Source of the DNA: a virus
Strand: one strand, 5' to 3'
DNA: 64,000 nt
Virus record (IMG/VR): IMGVR_UViG_3300030012_002828
Span: 1 to 64,000 of that record
Under the pieces are notes generated by a model. It saw nothing but the letters and a program-made list of their open reading frames with translations, did not search any database and was not told the origin of the DNA. Below are positions 9,122 through 17,406 of this stretch, piece by piece. Positions within the stretch are counted from its first letter, which is position 1. Each line of letters starts with the position of its first letter. The position numbers and the translations under genes were made by a program.

Positions 9122-9387
9122 GTTGGAAAGATATACTAAAAGGTGAAGACCGCTTCGGAATACTTAAACCGAAAGGTTTCAAAAACAAGGTAAAAACAGA
9201 AGCAAAGCGAATAGTAAGAGAAAGGCATGGATTGAAATTTGATGATTTTTTAAATGCTGAACAGAAGCGTGAAGCGGCATATTTAGCAGAATTGATGTTT
9301 AGAGGAATGTCACCCGAAGAGGCTAAATTACAATCTTATAACCCGCCTCAAATGGATGATGATGATTTACCAGTAGAAGGATTTTGA
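9118..9387 (+). CDS. Tagged (MSWKDILK|G) hypothetical protein
   Basis: ORF track plus tag. Confidence 0.8.
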   Translation: MSWKDILKGEDRFGILKPKGFKNKVKTEAKRIVRERHGLKFDDFLNAEQKREAAYLAELMFRGMSPEEAKLQSYNPPQMDDDDLPVEGF

Positions 9388-9406
9388 TATTTAAAAGGTG
9401 AATAAT

Positions 9407-10726
9407 ATGTCATGGAAAGATATTCTAAAAGATGACGATGAGGATGAATACGGTAAGCGTTTTATGAAACCCGATGGTGAAGAATTCGTACAGGGATATG
9501 GTTTTATTGAAGAACCATACGGAGAAGATAGACAACCTATTACAAGAGATGAAAAAGGAAAACCATTAGAAGGCGAAGAAAGAGATAAAAGAATGGAAGA
9601 ATTTAGACAAGATAGGAAAAACCCTAAAATTTCAGAATTAGTCAATTGGTTTAAAATTAGTCTTGAAGCAACAATGGAAGATATGTTAAGTAGTATTGGG
9701 GCTGAATATACAGAAATGGATGGTAGAGGTGGAGGCTTCGCTAACATAAGAAGAAAACCAACAAAGGTAAAAACAAAAATTAGAGAATTAGGTGTAGAAA
9801 TAACTCAAGATATTATTGATAGTGTAATTGAAGGTTTTATGGATGCTATCACAAAAGACCCTAAGTTTAACGATGAAGAAACAAATCTTCTTAGAATTAC
9901 TCTTTCATCCGGTTACCAAAGGGTTTATGATTCAGGTTTAAAAATATCTGAAGAATTAATGACTGGTATTTTTGATTCAGTATATAATAATATAAGGGCA
10001 ACTAATGAAGCAGATGTTCCTGAAAAAGAATATGACAAAGAAAAACTTGACCCATTAGGAGATGTACCTAAAGAATTTACAGAAGATATGTGGGCGGCCA
10101 CATCAAATAGAATAATAAGAGATATAGAATCAATATTAAGTAATATTGATGATTATCTAACAGATGTTATTTCACAAGATAAAGCATCATTAGAATTATT
10201 TGATTTAGATTCAGATGGCACACCCGATGTTACTGCAACAGAAATTAAAAATTCTATTAAAACTAAATTACAACAATTAACTTCTTCACCTCAAATGACA
10301 AATTTAATTAAAGAATTTACAGGTGCTGTTTCTTTTGCTTTTGCTTTTAGATACCCACAAATGCAACAAAGAATGGAAATGAACCCTGATATTGCAGACC
10401 AAACAACATATGAAGAATTAGGCCAAGACCCTAATTTTGAAACAGAAATGGCTAATAGACCCGAAATACAATCAGGAGAAATGACAGATGAAGAAAGACA
10501 AAAATTTGAAGACAAGTATAAATCTAACGATACTTATACAGGAGAACTCAACTGGCAATCTATATTATCTAAAGGGCATGGTGTAGCACTAACTTCTCAA
10601 GCAGGTTTTAGTCCAGCAATACATAATTTAGCATTTGGAAATAAACCATGTTGTGATGAATGCGCTGAAGTAAAACCACCTTGTAGTAGATGTAAAGATA
10701 AAACAACTCCTTGTGGTTGTGATTAA
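9407..10726 (+). CDS. Tagged (MSWKDILK) acidic protein with a second tag and Cys-rich tail
   Basis: GGTGA RBS before ATG 9407; LNWQSILSK|G followed by CCDEC..CSRC..CGC. Confidence 0.8.
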   Translation: MSWKDILKDDDEDEYGKRFMKPDGEEFVQGYGFIEEPYGEDRQPITRDEKGKPLEGEERDKRMEEFRQDRKNPKISELVNWFKISLEATMEDMLSSIGAEYTEMDGRGGGFANIRRKPTKVKTKIRELGVEITQDIIDSVIEGFMDAITKDPKFNDEETNLLRITLSSGYQRVYDSGLKISEELMTGIFDSVYNNIRATNEADVPEKEYDKEKLDPLGDVPKEFTEDMWAATSNRIIRDIESILSNIDDYLTDVISQDKASLELFDLDSDGTPDVTATEIKNSIKTKLQQLTSSPQMTNLIKEFTGAVSFAFAFRYPQMQQRMEMNPDIADQTTYEELGQDPNFETEMANRPEIQSGEMTDEERQKFEDKYKSNDTYTGELNWQSILSKGHGVALTSQAGFSPAIHNLAFGNKPCCDECAEVKPPCSRCKDKTTPCGCD

Positions 10727-10727
10727 A

Positions 10728-12032
10728 ATGAGTAAGTTTGAAGGCACAGATTTTGATAATGTAGACCAATATTTTGATATTGGTGCAATTAAAGGAGATT
10801 ATGATGCTTGGAAAACAAAATGGAATAAAGGTTCTGAGTGGGGAATTGTAGGGGGTAAAGATGGTAATAAACCTAAAACTGTTTTAGAAACAGTATTAAA
10901 TCATGGTGACCCTACCTTTGCCCGTGACCAAGCAAGAAGTATTGAAGGTTTAGGTGCTTTATTAGAAGCATTAACAGAAATACTTGATGGCGATACAATT
11001 GAAACAGAACATAAACTACAATTACAAGAAGCAATAGATGGTATGGAAGAAACTTTAACAAGAGATAAAGGTAAATGGAATCCAAGAAATATACCTTTTA
11101 ATACTGTTGTAGAATTTAACGAAACTGATGACCCTAAAGCACCTGATATAGTAAGAGATACAGTTTATGGGCATTACAGAACAAAAGCATATAATGATTA
11201 TGTAGAATGGGCTAATGAAAATAAACCCAATAAAAATTTAAAGGTTGCTAAACACGAAGATGAATGGACTAATAAATCACAAGGTAAAGCAAGACCTCCA
11301 CTTTGGCAAGCAATTACAGGCGTGGGAGAAACTAATGAAGGAAAAGGCGGTATTTTATTTATTGCAAAAAAAGCATTAAAAGGTGTAGATAAAATTAAAA
11401 TGGGTGATGGTAATAGAATTGCTATCTTTAATAATTCAAAAGGGCCAATTCAATTAGCGCAAATAAAAAGTGTTCAAGAAAAAGTTATAGAAGTTTTACA
11501 AAATCCTAATATTTATCCCGCAGGGAAATCAAGAGCACCTATGAAAGATAGATTAAATGCTGCTTTTACTAATGAAAGTTATGCTATAAGAAATGAAGAA
11601 GAAGCCCGATTACTTAATTTTGCTAAAGGGTATGATAGGGTTGAAGGTGTTGAAAAATTAAAAACTGTTAAACTAAGATTTCCAAAAAATAATCTTGCTC
11701 TAAATAAAACCATTGTACAGGTTCTAAAAGTTTTAGGACAAGAAATGAAAAATTATCAAACTCCAAAGGCTAAAGATGGAACAGCAAAACCCGGATTAGT
11801 TTTGAAAGAAAAAAGAGAAAATAAATTTAAAGGAGAAATTACAATGAGTTGGAAAAATGTATTAAAACAAAAAAAATTAAGCCCTAAGCAAAAGAAAATT
11901 GCTGAAGCGGCTGAACCTAAACATAAAATTACAGGTGCAGATTTTAAAGCATTAGCCGAAGAAGATAAAAAAACTGTTACTCGAAAAGATAATAGAAAAA
12001 AAGGAAGAGGCGCATTTACAGATAGGGATTGA
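10728..12032 (+). CDS. Hypothetical protein with an in-frame tagged C-terminal module starting at 11844
   Basis: ATG 10728; internal AGGAG RBS plus MSWKNVLKQKKLSPKQKKIAEAAEPKHKITGADFKAL. Confidence 0.75.
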   Translation: MSKFEGTDFDNVDQYFDIGAIKGDYDAWKTKWNKGSEWGIVGGKDGNKPKTVLETVLNHGDPTFARDQARSIEGLGALLEALTEILDGDTIETEHKLQLQEAIDGMEETLTRDKGKWNPRNIPFNTVVEFNETDDPKAPDIVRDTVYGHYRTKAYNDYVEWANENKPNKNLKVAKHEDEWTNKSQGKARPPLWQAITGVGETNEGKGGILFIAKKALKGVDKIKMGDGNRIAIFNNSKGPIQLAQIKSVQEKVIEVLQNPNIYPAGKSRAPMKDRLNAAFTNESYAIRNEEEARLLNFAKGYDRVEGVEKLKTVKLRFPKNNLALNKTIVQVLKVLGQEMKNYQTPKAKDGTAKPGLVLKEKRENKFKGEITMSWKNVLKQKKLSPKQKKIAEAAEPKHKITGADFKALAEEDKKTVTRKDNRKKGRGAFTDRD

Positions 12033-12037
12033 TTTAA

Positions 12038-12700
12038 ATGACAAGGAAAGTAAGAAAGTCTTGTAAATTATGCCAACACGAAGACCGTGATGGTTTAGAA
12101 GAAGACATACTTGCTGGAAATATTACTTGTGATGAATTAGATAAGCAGAATAATTGGTGGGCAGGAACTTCTAAAAAACATATGCAAAATCATTTAGGGG
12201 ATTATCACGATAATTCTAACCCTTCTTGTCCTGTATGTACATATCCTAATAGAGCCGAAATAGAAATAGCAATTAGTGAAGGTACGATGAAAGTTTCTGA
12301 TGCGGCAGAAATAATATCTTGTTCAGAAGCACAAATACAATTACATATGAAAAAACATTTAAAGCCTATTGTACAACAACATGGTGCTTTAGAAGTTGCA
12401 AGAATGGATTTAAATGAAATAGATATGTTATCAGGTAATGTAACTGTACTACAAAATAAAGTAAATGAATTATTAGAAAATACTGAATTAGGTACAAAAC
12501 AAATAGATTCATTAACTAAATTAGCAAAAGAAATTAGAGAATCTCTTAAGTATATGTTAGAATTTAAAGGACAATTAGTTCATAAAAGAGAAGAAACTGT
12601 TGTTGTTCAACAAGTAGAAATTATCCAAAAAGTTCTTATAGAAAAATATCCTGAAGTATGGACTGAGATAAGAGATAGTGTAGCGGAGAGATTATCATGA
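12038..12700 (+). CDS. Putative terminase small subunit or DNA-binding protein with two CxxC..HxxxH HTH-like repeats
   Basis: SCKLCQHEDR..KKHMQNHL and SCPVCTYPNR..LHMKKHL, followed by a helical coiled region. Confidence 0.45.
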   Translation: MTRKVRKSCKLCQHEDRDGLEEDILAGNITCDELDKQNNWWAGTSKKHMQNHLGDYHDNSNPSCPVCTYPNRAEIEIAISEGTMKVSDAAEIISCSEAQIQLHMKKHLKPIVQQHGALEVARMDLNEIDMLSGNVTVLQNKVNELLENTELGTKQIDSLTKLAKEIRESLKYMLEFKGQLVHKREETVVVQQVEIIQKVLIEKYPEVWTEIRDSVAERLS

Positions 12701-13035
12701 GTTGGAAAAATATATTAAAGGCTCGAGGAAGTAATGTAAATAGATGGGGCGGAAGAGATTGGGATTACCCTATTTGGGTTAATAAAGAAGGAGAAATATA
12801 TGAATTATATAGCGCATACTATAACGATGCTGGAGATTATGCAGAAAATTATGCTGAATATAAAAGTATAGGTGCAGACAGAAGAGTTTTACAATTAACT
12901 AAAGATGAAGCATTAGAATTAGAAGCAGACTTAAAAGATGTTCCTGAAGAATCAAAAGATTCGTGGGATAAAGCACCGTTGGGTCATGTTTTGGTAGATG
13001 ACCTCATGCAATATGGTGATATTGAAGATGATTAG
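12697..13035 (+). CDS. Tagged (MSWKNILK|A) acidic hypothetical protein
   Basis: ORF track plus tag. Confidence 0.8.
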   Translation: MSWKNILKARGSNVNRWGGRDWDYPIWVNKEGEIYELYSAYYNDAGDYAENYAEYKSIGADRRVLQLTKDEALELEADLKDVPEESKDSWDKAPLGHVLVDDLMQYGDIEDD

Positions 13036-13047
13036 GTAGGAATTACA

Positions 13048-13569
13048 ATGAGTTGGAAAAATATATTGAAGGCTGACGAATCTTGGAGAAAGAATTTAAA
13101 GCGTGGCGGAAAAGCCAAGCCTAAACAAACAGATACTATTATGGAATTTATTAAAATGAATCCTAAAAGAACGATAGCAGATATTCAAAGACATTTACAA
13201 TATTTATACCCCGCACAAATGACAACTAAAAGACTTAGAAAATTTTTAGAAGAAAATACTAATATTGTAGTTTCTGGTAGATACCCTACAACATATAGTT
13301 ATAGAGAACCGTTATCTAAAGCAAAGAAAAAAATACCAAGAAAAGCAATTAGAGATGAAATTGACAAATATGTAAATTCTCAAGATGGTAAAGTTACAGT
13401 TAGAGAAGTTCAACAAGCCCTTATTAGAAAATTAGGAGTAATGGGTTTAACTGAAAAACCAGCATCTGTAAAAAATTATTTGTTTGGATGGCATACAGAA
13501 AAGGCTGAAGCCTTTGACCCAAATATTCATAGAAAAGATGATTTTTATTACGAGTTGGAGGATGAATAA
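13048..13569 (+). CDS. Tagged (MSWKNILK|A) protein with two putative wHTH modules
   Basis: IMEFIKMNPKRTIADIQRHL.. and IDKYVNSQDGKVTVREVQQAL.., separated by PLSK|A. Confidence 0.7.
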   Translation: MSWKNILKADESWRKNLKRGGKAKPKQTDTIMEFIKMNPKRTIADIQRHLQYLYPAQMTTKRLRKFLEENTNIVVSGRYPTTYSYREPLSKAKKKIPRKAIRDEIDKYVNSQDGKVTVREVQQALIRKLGVMGLTEKPASVKNYLFGWHTEKAEAFDPNIHRKDDFYYELEDE

Positions 13570-13810
13570 TTTGACAACAGCACAAGAAGTTAGAATGGAT
13601 AATATGGAAGATAAAATTATTAGACATGAAATGCTTTTAGAAAAATTAACTGATAATCAGTTAGAGTTAAGTACCAGACTAACCGAGTTAGCCACATCAA
13701 TAGATGCTCAAAATCATCTAATAGGTGAAGGTTTTGATTTAATGAAAAAGGTGATACTCGGTTTATTAAGTTCTTTATCAGCGATATTAATTGGTACACA
13801 GGTGATGTAA
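13562..13810 (+). CDS. Small coiled-coil protein with C-terminal transmembrane helix
   Basis: Heptad region then KKVILGLLSSLSAILIGTQVM; start uncertain. Confidence 0.65.
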   Translation: MNNLTTAQEVRMDNMEDKIIRHEMLLEKLTDNQLELSTRLTELATSIDAQNHLIGEGFDLMKKVILGLLSSLSAILIGTQVM

Positions 13811-13811
13811 A

Positions 13812-14174
13812 ATGAGTAAAAAAGAAAAATCATTTAATGATAAATTAGTAAATAAAACAGTATTACCCGCTATTTATCTTTGGTTATTGGCTTCAGGTGC
13901 TGTTGTTTATACAGGTATTGTAAAGCCCGATGTAGTACTAACTAATTTAGATGGCTTTATTGCTTTGATAGCAATTATTGGGGGAATAGCCGCACCCGCA
14001 TTTAATACTCTACTTAGAACATGGGAGGCAGAACAAGCAAATGAAATTGTAGAAGTTCCTGCTGAATATGAACATAGAAGAGGTTTAGAAGAAGCACAGC
14101 ATAAACATCAAATGTCTATGGAAGCAGAAAACAATACTCATAGCAACACTATGGAAACAATACAAGGTGAATAA
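13812..14174 (+). CDS. Two-TM membrane protein (holin-like topology)
   Basis: Hydrophobic segments VLPAIYLWLLASGAVVYTGIV and FIALIAIIGGIAAPAF; charged C-terminal tail. Confidence 0.65.
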   Translation: MSKKEKSFNDKLVNKTVLPAIYLWLLASGAVVYTGIVKPDVVLTNLDGFIALIAIIGGIAAPAFNTLLRTWEAEQANEIVEVPAEYEHRRGLEEAQHKHQMSMEAENNTHSNTMETIQGE

Positions 14175-14841
14175 AATGAAAAAATGGAAAAATCAATTAA
14201 AGAAAGCCCCTTTGGATTTTAGGGATATGGAATTTGTTACTCCCAGAAATCCAGTTAGAGATAATGATATGTACTTAGACCGATTGCGTGGCGTTAAACC
14301 TCTTGAAAATAGAAGTACTCAAGGCCCTATTCAAGGAAAGAGTCCAACTCCAAAAGAAGGATTTAGTGAATTATCCGAAGAACAACAAATGGTAGGATTA
14401 AATATAGCAAGAAGATGGGCACAACAAACAATGCAAGCGTTAGTTGATTATGAAAATGAAGTGGGTCAAAGAGGCGTTAAATATCAGGGTGAAGATGATA
14501 CGGGTATGATAAAAGCATATAACAATTTAATGGGAATAGCAAGGTCAATAGAAGAAAATTATAAACGAAAACCTTGGTACTTGAAAATATTTGGTAGAGG
14601 TAGAAGGTATAGAAAAATAGTAAAACAAATAAATGATTTAGGTGAAAAAATGAATCAGGCATTTAGAAATTACAAACTTAATTTGAACATGGCACAAACT
14701 GATGCTGAAAGACAACTTAGGTACAATAAAGTAAATCAATCTTTGAAAGCATCATTACAAACACTTCAGCAAGTTAAAAACGAATTAAACAATTTTGCAC
14801 AAGAACCTATTGAAAAAGAAGATAGAAATTGGGATTATTGA
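14167..14841 (+). CDS. Tagged (MKKWKNQLKK|A) helical hypothetical protein
   Basis: ORF track; the tag begins at the in-frame ATG 14176. Confidence 0.75.
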   Translation: MNKMKKWKNQLKKAPLDFRDMEFVTPRNPVRDNDMYLDRLRGVKPLENRSTQGPIQGKSPTPKEGFSELSEEQQMVGLNIARRWAQQTMQALVDYENEVGQRGVKYQGEDDTGMIKAYNNLMGIARSIEENYKRKPWYLKIFGRGRRYRKIVKQINDLGEKMNQAFRNYKLNLNMAQTDAERQLRYNKVNQSLKASLQTLQQVKNELNNFAQEPIEKEDRNWDY

Positions 14842-14850
14842 GGTGGTATA

Positions 14851-15060
14851 ATGACGAAAACAGAAAAGGAAATAACAGAAACAGTAGAAGATGTAGAAGA
14901 TTTAGTAGAAGATGCCCTTGATATTGCAGAAGATTTAGGACTTATTAGTGAGAAAAAGGTTGATAAGATTCTTGCTAAACTTAAACAATATAAAAAGCAA
15001 ATTCTTATTGCAGTTCCTTCTATTTTGGTAGTAGTAGGTTTGGTACAATCTCAATTGTGA
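14851..15060 (+). CDS. Small acidic protein with C-terminal TM helix
   Basis: GAGGTGG RBS; ILIAVPSILVVVGLV. Confidence 0.7.
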   Translation: MTKTEKEITETVEDVEDLVEDALDIAEDLGLISEKKVDKILAKLKQYKKQILIAVPSILVVVGLVQSQL

Positions 15061-15069
15061 GGTTGTACT

Positions 15070-17403
15070 ATGAATTGGAAACTAATTCTAAAAGAAGATA
15101 GTACACCTAATATAATTAGCGCAGGTGCTATCAAAACAAAATTTAGTAAAGGTAACTTACCTTCTAAAAAAGAAATAGATGAGATAGTAGAGGTACATGG
15201 ACAAGTCCAAATAAAAAATATTGATACAGCCCTTACACAATTAAAATCTGCATACAATAAAATTGCTCAAGGTGAAGATGCACCTAATAGTATTATTAAT
15301 AGAATGATAGAAGGTAGATTTAGTAAAGTAGGTAAAGATAGAGAAGATAGTCTTAGAATTGTAGGAGAAAGATTAAAAGAATTGCAGGCTCTTAAAGGAA
15401 CAGATGAAAACCCCCTAATAAATAAAACAATAGGAGGAATAACATTTGGGGAGTTAGTTTCACCCGATGATAAAACAAATCAAGAGTGGACTATTGAAAC
15501 TCTTAATGCTTTATATCAAAAAATGATAACAGAACCATCCGTTGAATTGTTGTACGCATTACATTATTTTATTAATACTTCAACCGATGGTAATTGGTCA
15601 AGAGCAGGAGGTTGGGTTAATAGAATGGGCAAAGATTCAATAGAAAATCCTGACACACAATTTTTAAAGAATGTTTTTGATTTAAGAGGTAAGCGTGATG
15701 TTAAAGGTAATATTGATAAAAAGGTTTTTGAGTTCTTTAATAAAGGTAATAAATTTAAATACACGACAGAAGGTATGAGAAATATTACTGTTAAAAGAGG
15801 TAAGGGTAAGTTTGTAACAAGAGAAGGTAAAGAGATTTCTCCAAGTAGAAAATACGAACAAGAAGGTGGCTTTAGAGAAGTAACAAGAGAAGTAGGAGAT
15901 TCACGAAATATTGTAATGGGTGAAAGAAAGTCTATGCAATATTTGATTACTGATGATTTAGTAAATAAAATCAAATCATTAACAGAACAACAATTTATAG
16001 AATTGGTTAATAATTTAAATAAAACAAATTCTTCAATAGATTTTATATCTTCATTAAAAGGTACTACTACTGAAATAGTCTATATGTTATTAAGTAGAGA
16101 TATGGGTATAAATGCTTTAGTTAGAAATATAGATGTTGCGAGAAAGGGTATGAGTCCTTCTTCACGAAGAAAGGATTATCTACATGATTGGGCTGTTAAG
16201 GAAGTTAATAAAAGAATGAAAAATGCAAATGATTCAGATGGAGAAGACTTTGAATTATTTAATATAGTATTACCTTCGCAAACTAAAGCAGAAGAAATTA
16301 TAGAAAATAAAGGGGATAGTTACGACGAATTTAGAAGAAATAAATCTAAGATGATAGATAATTTAAAAGGTAAAGTTAGAGGTGGGGATGAAACTTGGAA
16401 CAAATCTTTTGAAACATGGCTTAAATCAAGAAGAAGATTAGAAGATTCTTATCAAGGGGGCGATTCTAAAACTTTAGACCCATCGCAGAACCCTGTTAAT
16501 GTTGAAGGTGCTATGAATATAAATTATTCTTTTAAGACTTCAAACCAAATAAATGATTTTATAGAAAATTTAGGTGGCGATACTGTTTTCCGTTCACATA
16601 TACTTTCAAGAAATTTATTAGCATTATTTTTTGATTATTATATTGATTTTGGCCCAGAAGAAGGTAGAGATAAAGGTGAAAGACTTAGAACATTGGGCGA
16701 CTTTAAAGGCTATTTGCCTTCAGGTAGAATTTTTGCTGATTCAACGGAAACTACATTTTTTGACTCTATGAGAGCATTACTTACAGTAATAAAGAAAGTT
16801 TTAACAAATTCTGCATTAAGAAACTATAATCAAAATATTAACATGTCATTAGAAAAATTCTTTGAAGGTATAGATGAATTATTTAAAAAAGAGGGTGGAG
16901 AAATAGATTTACAGCCCGATGACGATGAAAATAGAAAGGAAATATTTAGCGATATAGATGCTATGGATTCTATTGATGATAATTTAAAATCATCATGGTT
17001 TGGTACAAAGGCATATATGTTAAATATAGAAGATGAATTATCCTTTGCTATGATGGATTTAAAAGAAGCAGTTGCAGAAAAAATTGCGGAAAATATTATT
17101 TTGATTGCTGAAGATACTACCGATAAATACAGACCTTCAGGAATAAAAATAGGTGGTAGGTCAAAAGGTATAAGAGATTACCTTGCGTTAAAGAAATTTA
17201 TAATACCACCTAAACCACCTAAACAAATCAAAGTTAATAAAACAACATACAAGTTAGACGAATCTATGTTTGATGAAACAGATTTAGATGCACAACTAAA
17301 ATATTATGCCTTTGAGAAAGAATATGACTTTTCTGAAGAACCATCTTTAAATATGGATAAGGTCAAGACACTAACACTAAGAGAGGCTATTGAGGGGTTT
17401 TAA
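15070..17403 (+). CDS. Large tagged (MNWKLILK) hypothetical protein, candidate internal virion protein
   Basis: 777-aa ORF with no motif I recognise beyond the tag. Confidence 0.7.
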   Translation: MNWKLILKEDSTPNIISAGAIKTKFSKGNLPSKKEIDEIVEVHGQVQIKNIDTALTQLKSAYNKIAQGEDAPNSIINRMIEGRFSKVGKDREDSLRIVGERLKELQALKGTDENPLINKTIGGITFGELVSPDDKTNQEWTIETLNALYQKMITEPSVELLYALHYFINTSTDGNWSRAGGWVNRMGKDSIENPDTQFLKNVFDLRGKRDVKGNIDKKVFEFFNKGNKFKYTTEGMRNITVKRGKGKFVTREGKEISPSRKYEQEGGFREVTREVGDSRNIVMGERKSMQYLITDDLVNKIKSLTEQQFIELVNNLNKTNSSIDFISSLKGTTTEIVYMLLSRDMGINALVRNIDVARKGMSPSSRRKDYLHDWAVKEVNKRMKNANDSDGEDFELFNIVLPSQTKAEEIIENKGDSYDEFRRNKSKMIDNLKGKVRGGDETWNKSFETWLKSRRRLEDSYQGGDSKTLDPSQNPVNVEGAMNINYSFKTSNQINDFIENLGGDTVFRSHILSRNLLALFFDYYIDFGPEEGRDKGERLRTLGDFKGYLPSGRIFADSTETTFFDSMRALLTVIKKVLTNSALRNYNQNINMSLEKFFEGIDELFKKEGGEIDLQPDDDENRKEIFSDIDAMDSIDDNLKSSWFGTKAYMLNIEDELSFAMMDLKEAVAEKIAENIILIAEDTTDKYRPSGIKIGGRSKGIRDYLALKKFIIPPKPPKQIKVNKTTYKLDESMFDETDLDAQLKYYAFEKEYDFSEEPSLNMDKVKTLTLREAIEGF

Positions 17404-17406
17404 TAA

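Noticed and set aside
10200-10230. DLDSDG as an RNA polymerase DxDGD catalytic motif
   Set aside because: It does not match the NADFDGD context; more likely an acidic or Ca-binding-like loop.
2615-15100. Tag as a secretion signal or lipobox
   Set aside because: It has no hydrophobic core or lipobox Cys, and it also occurs internally and at C-termini.
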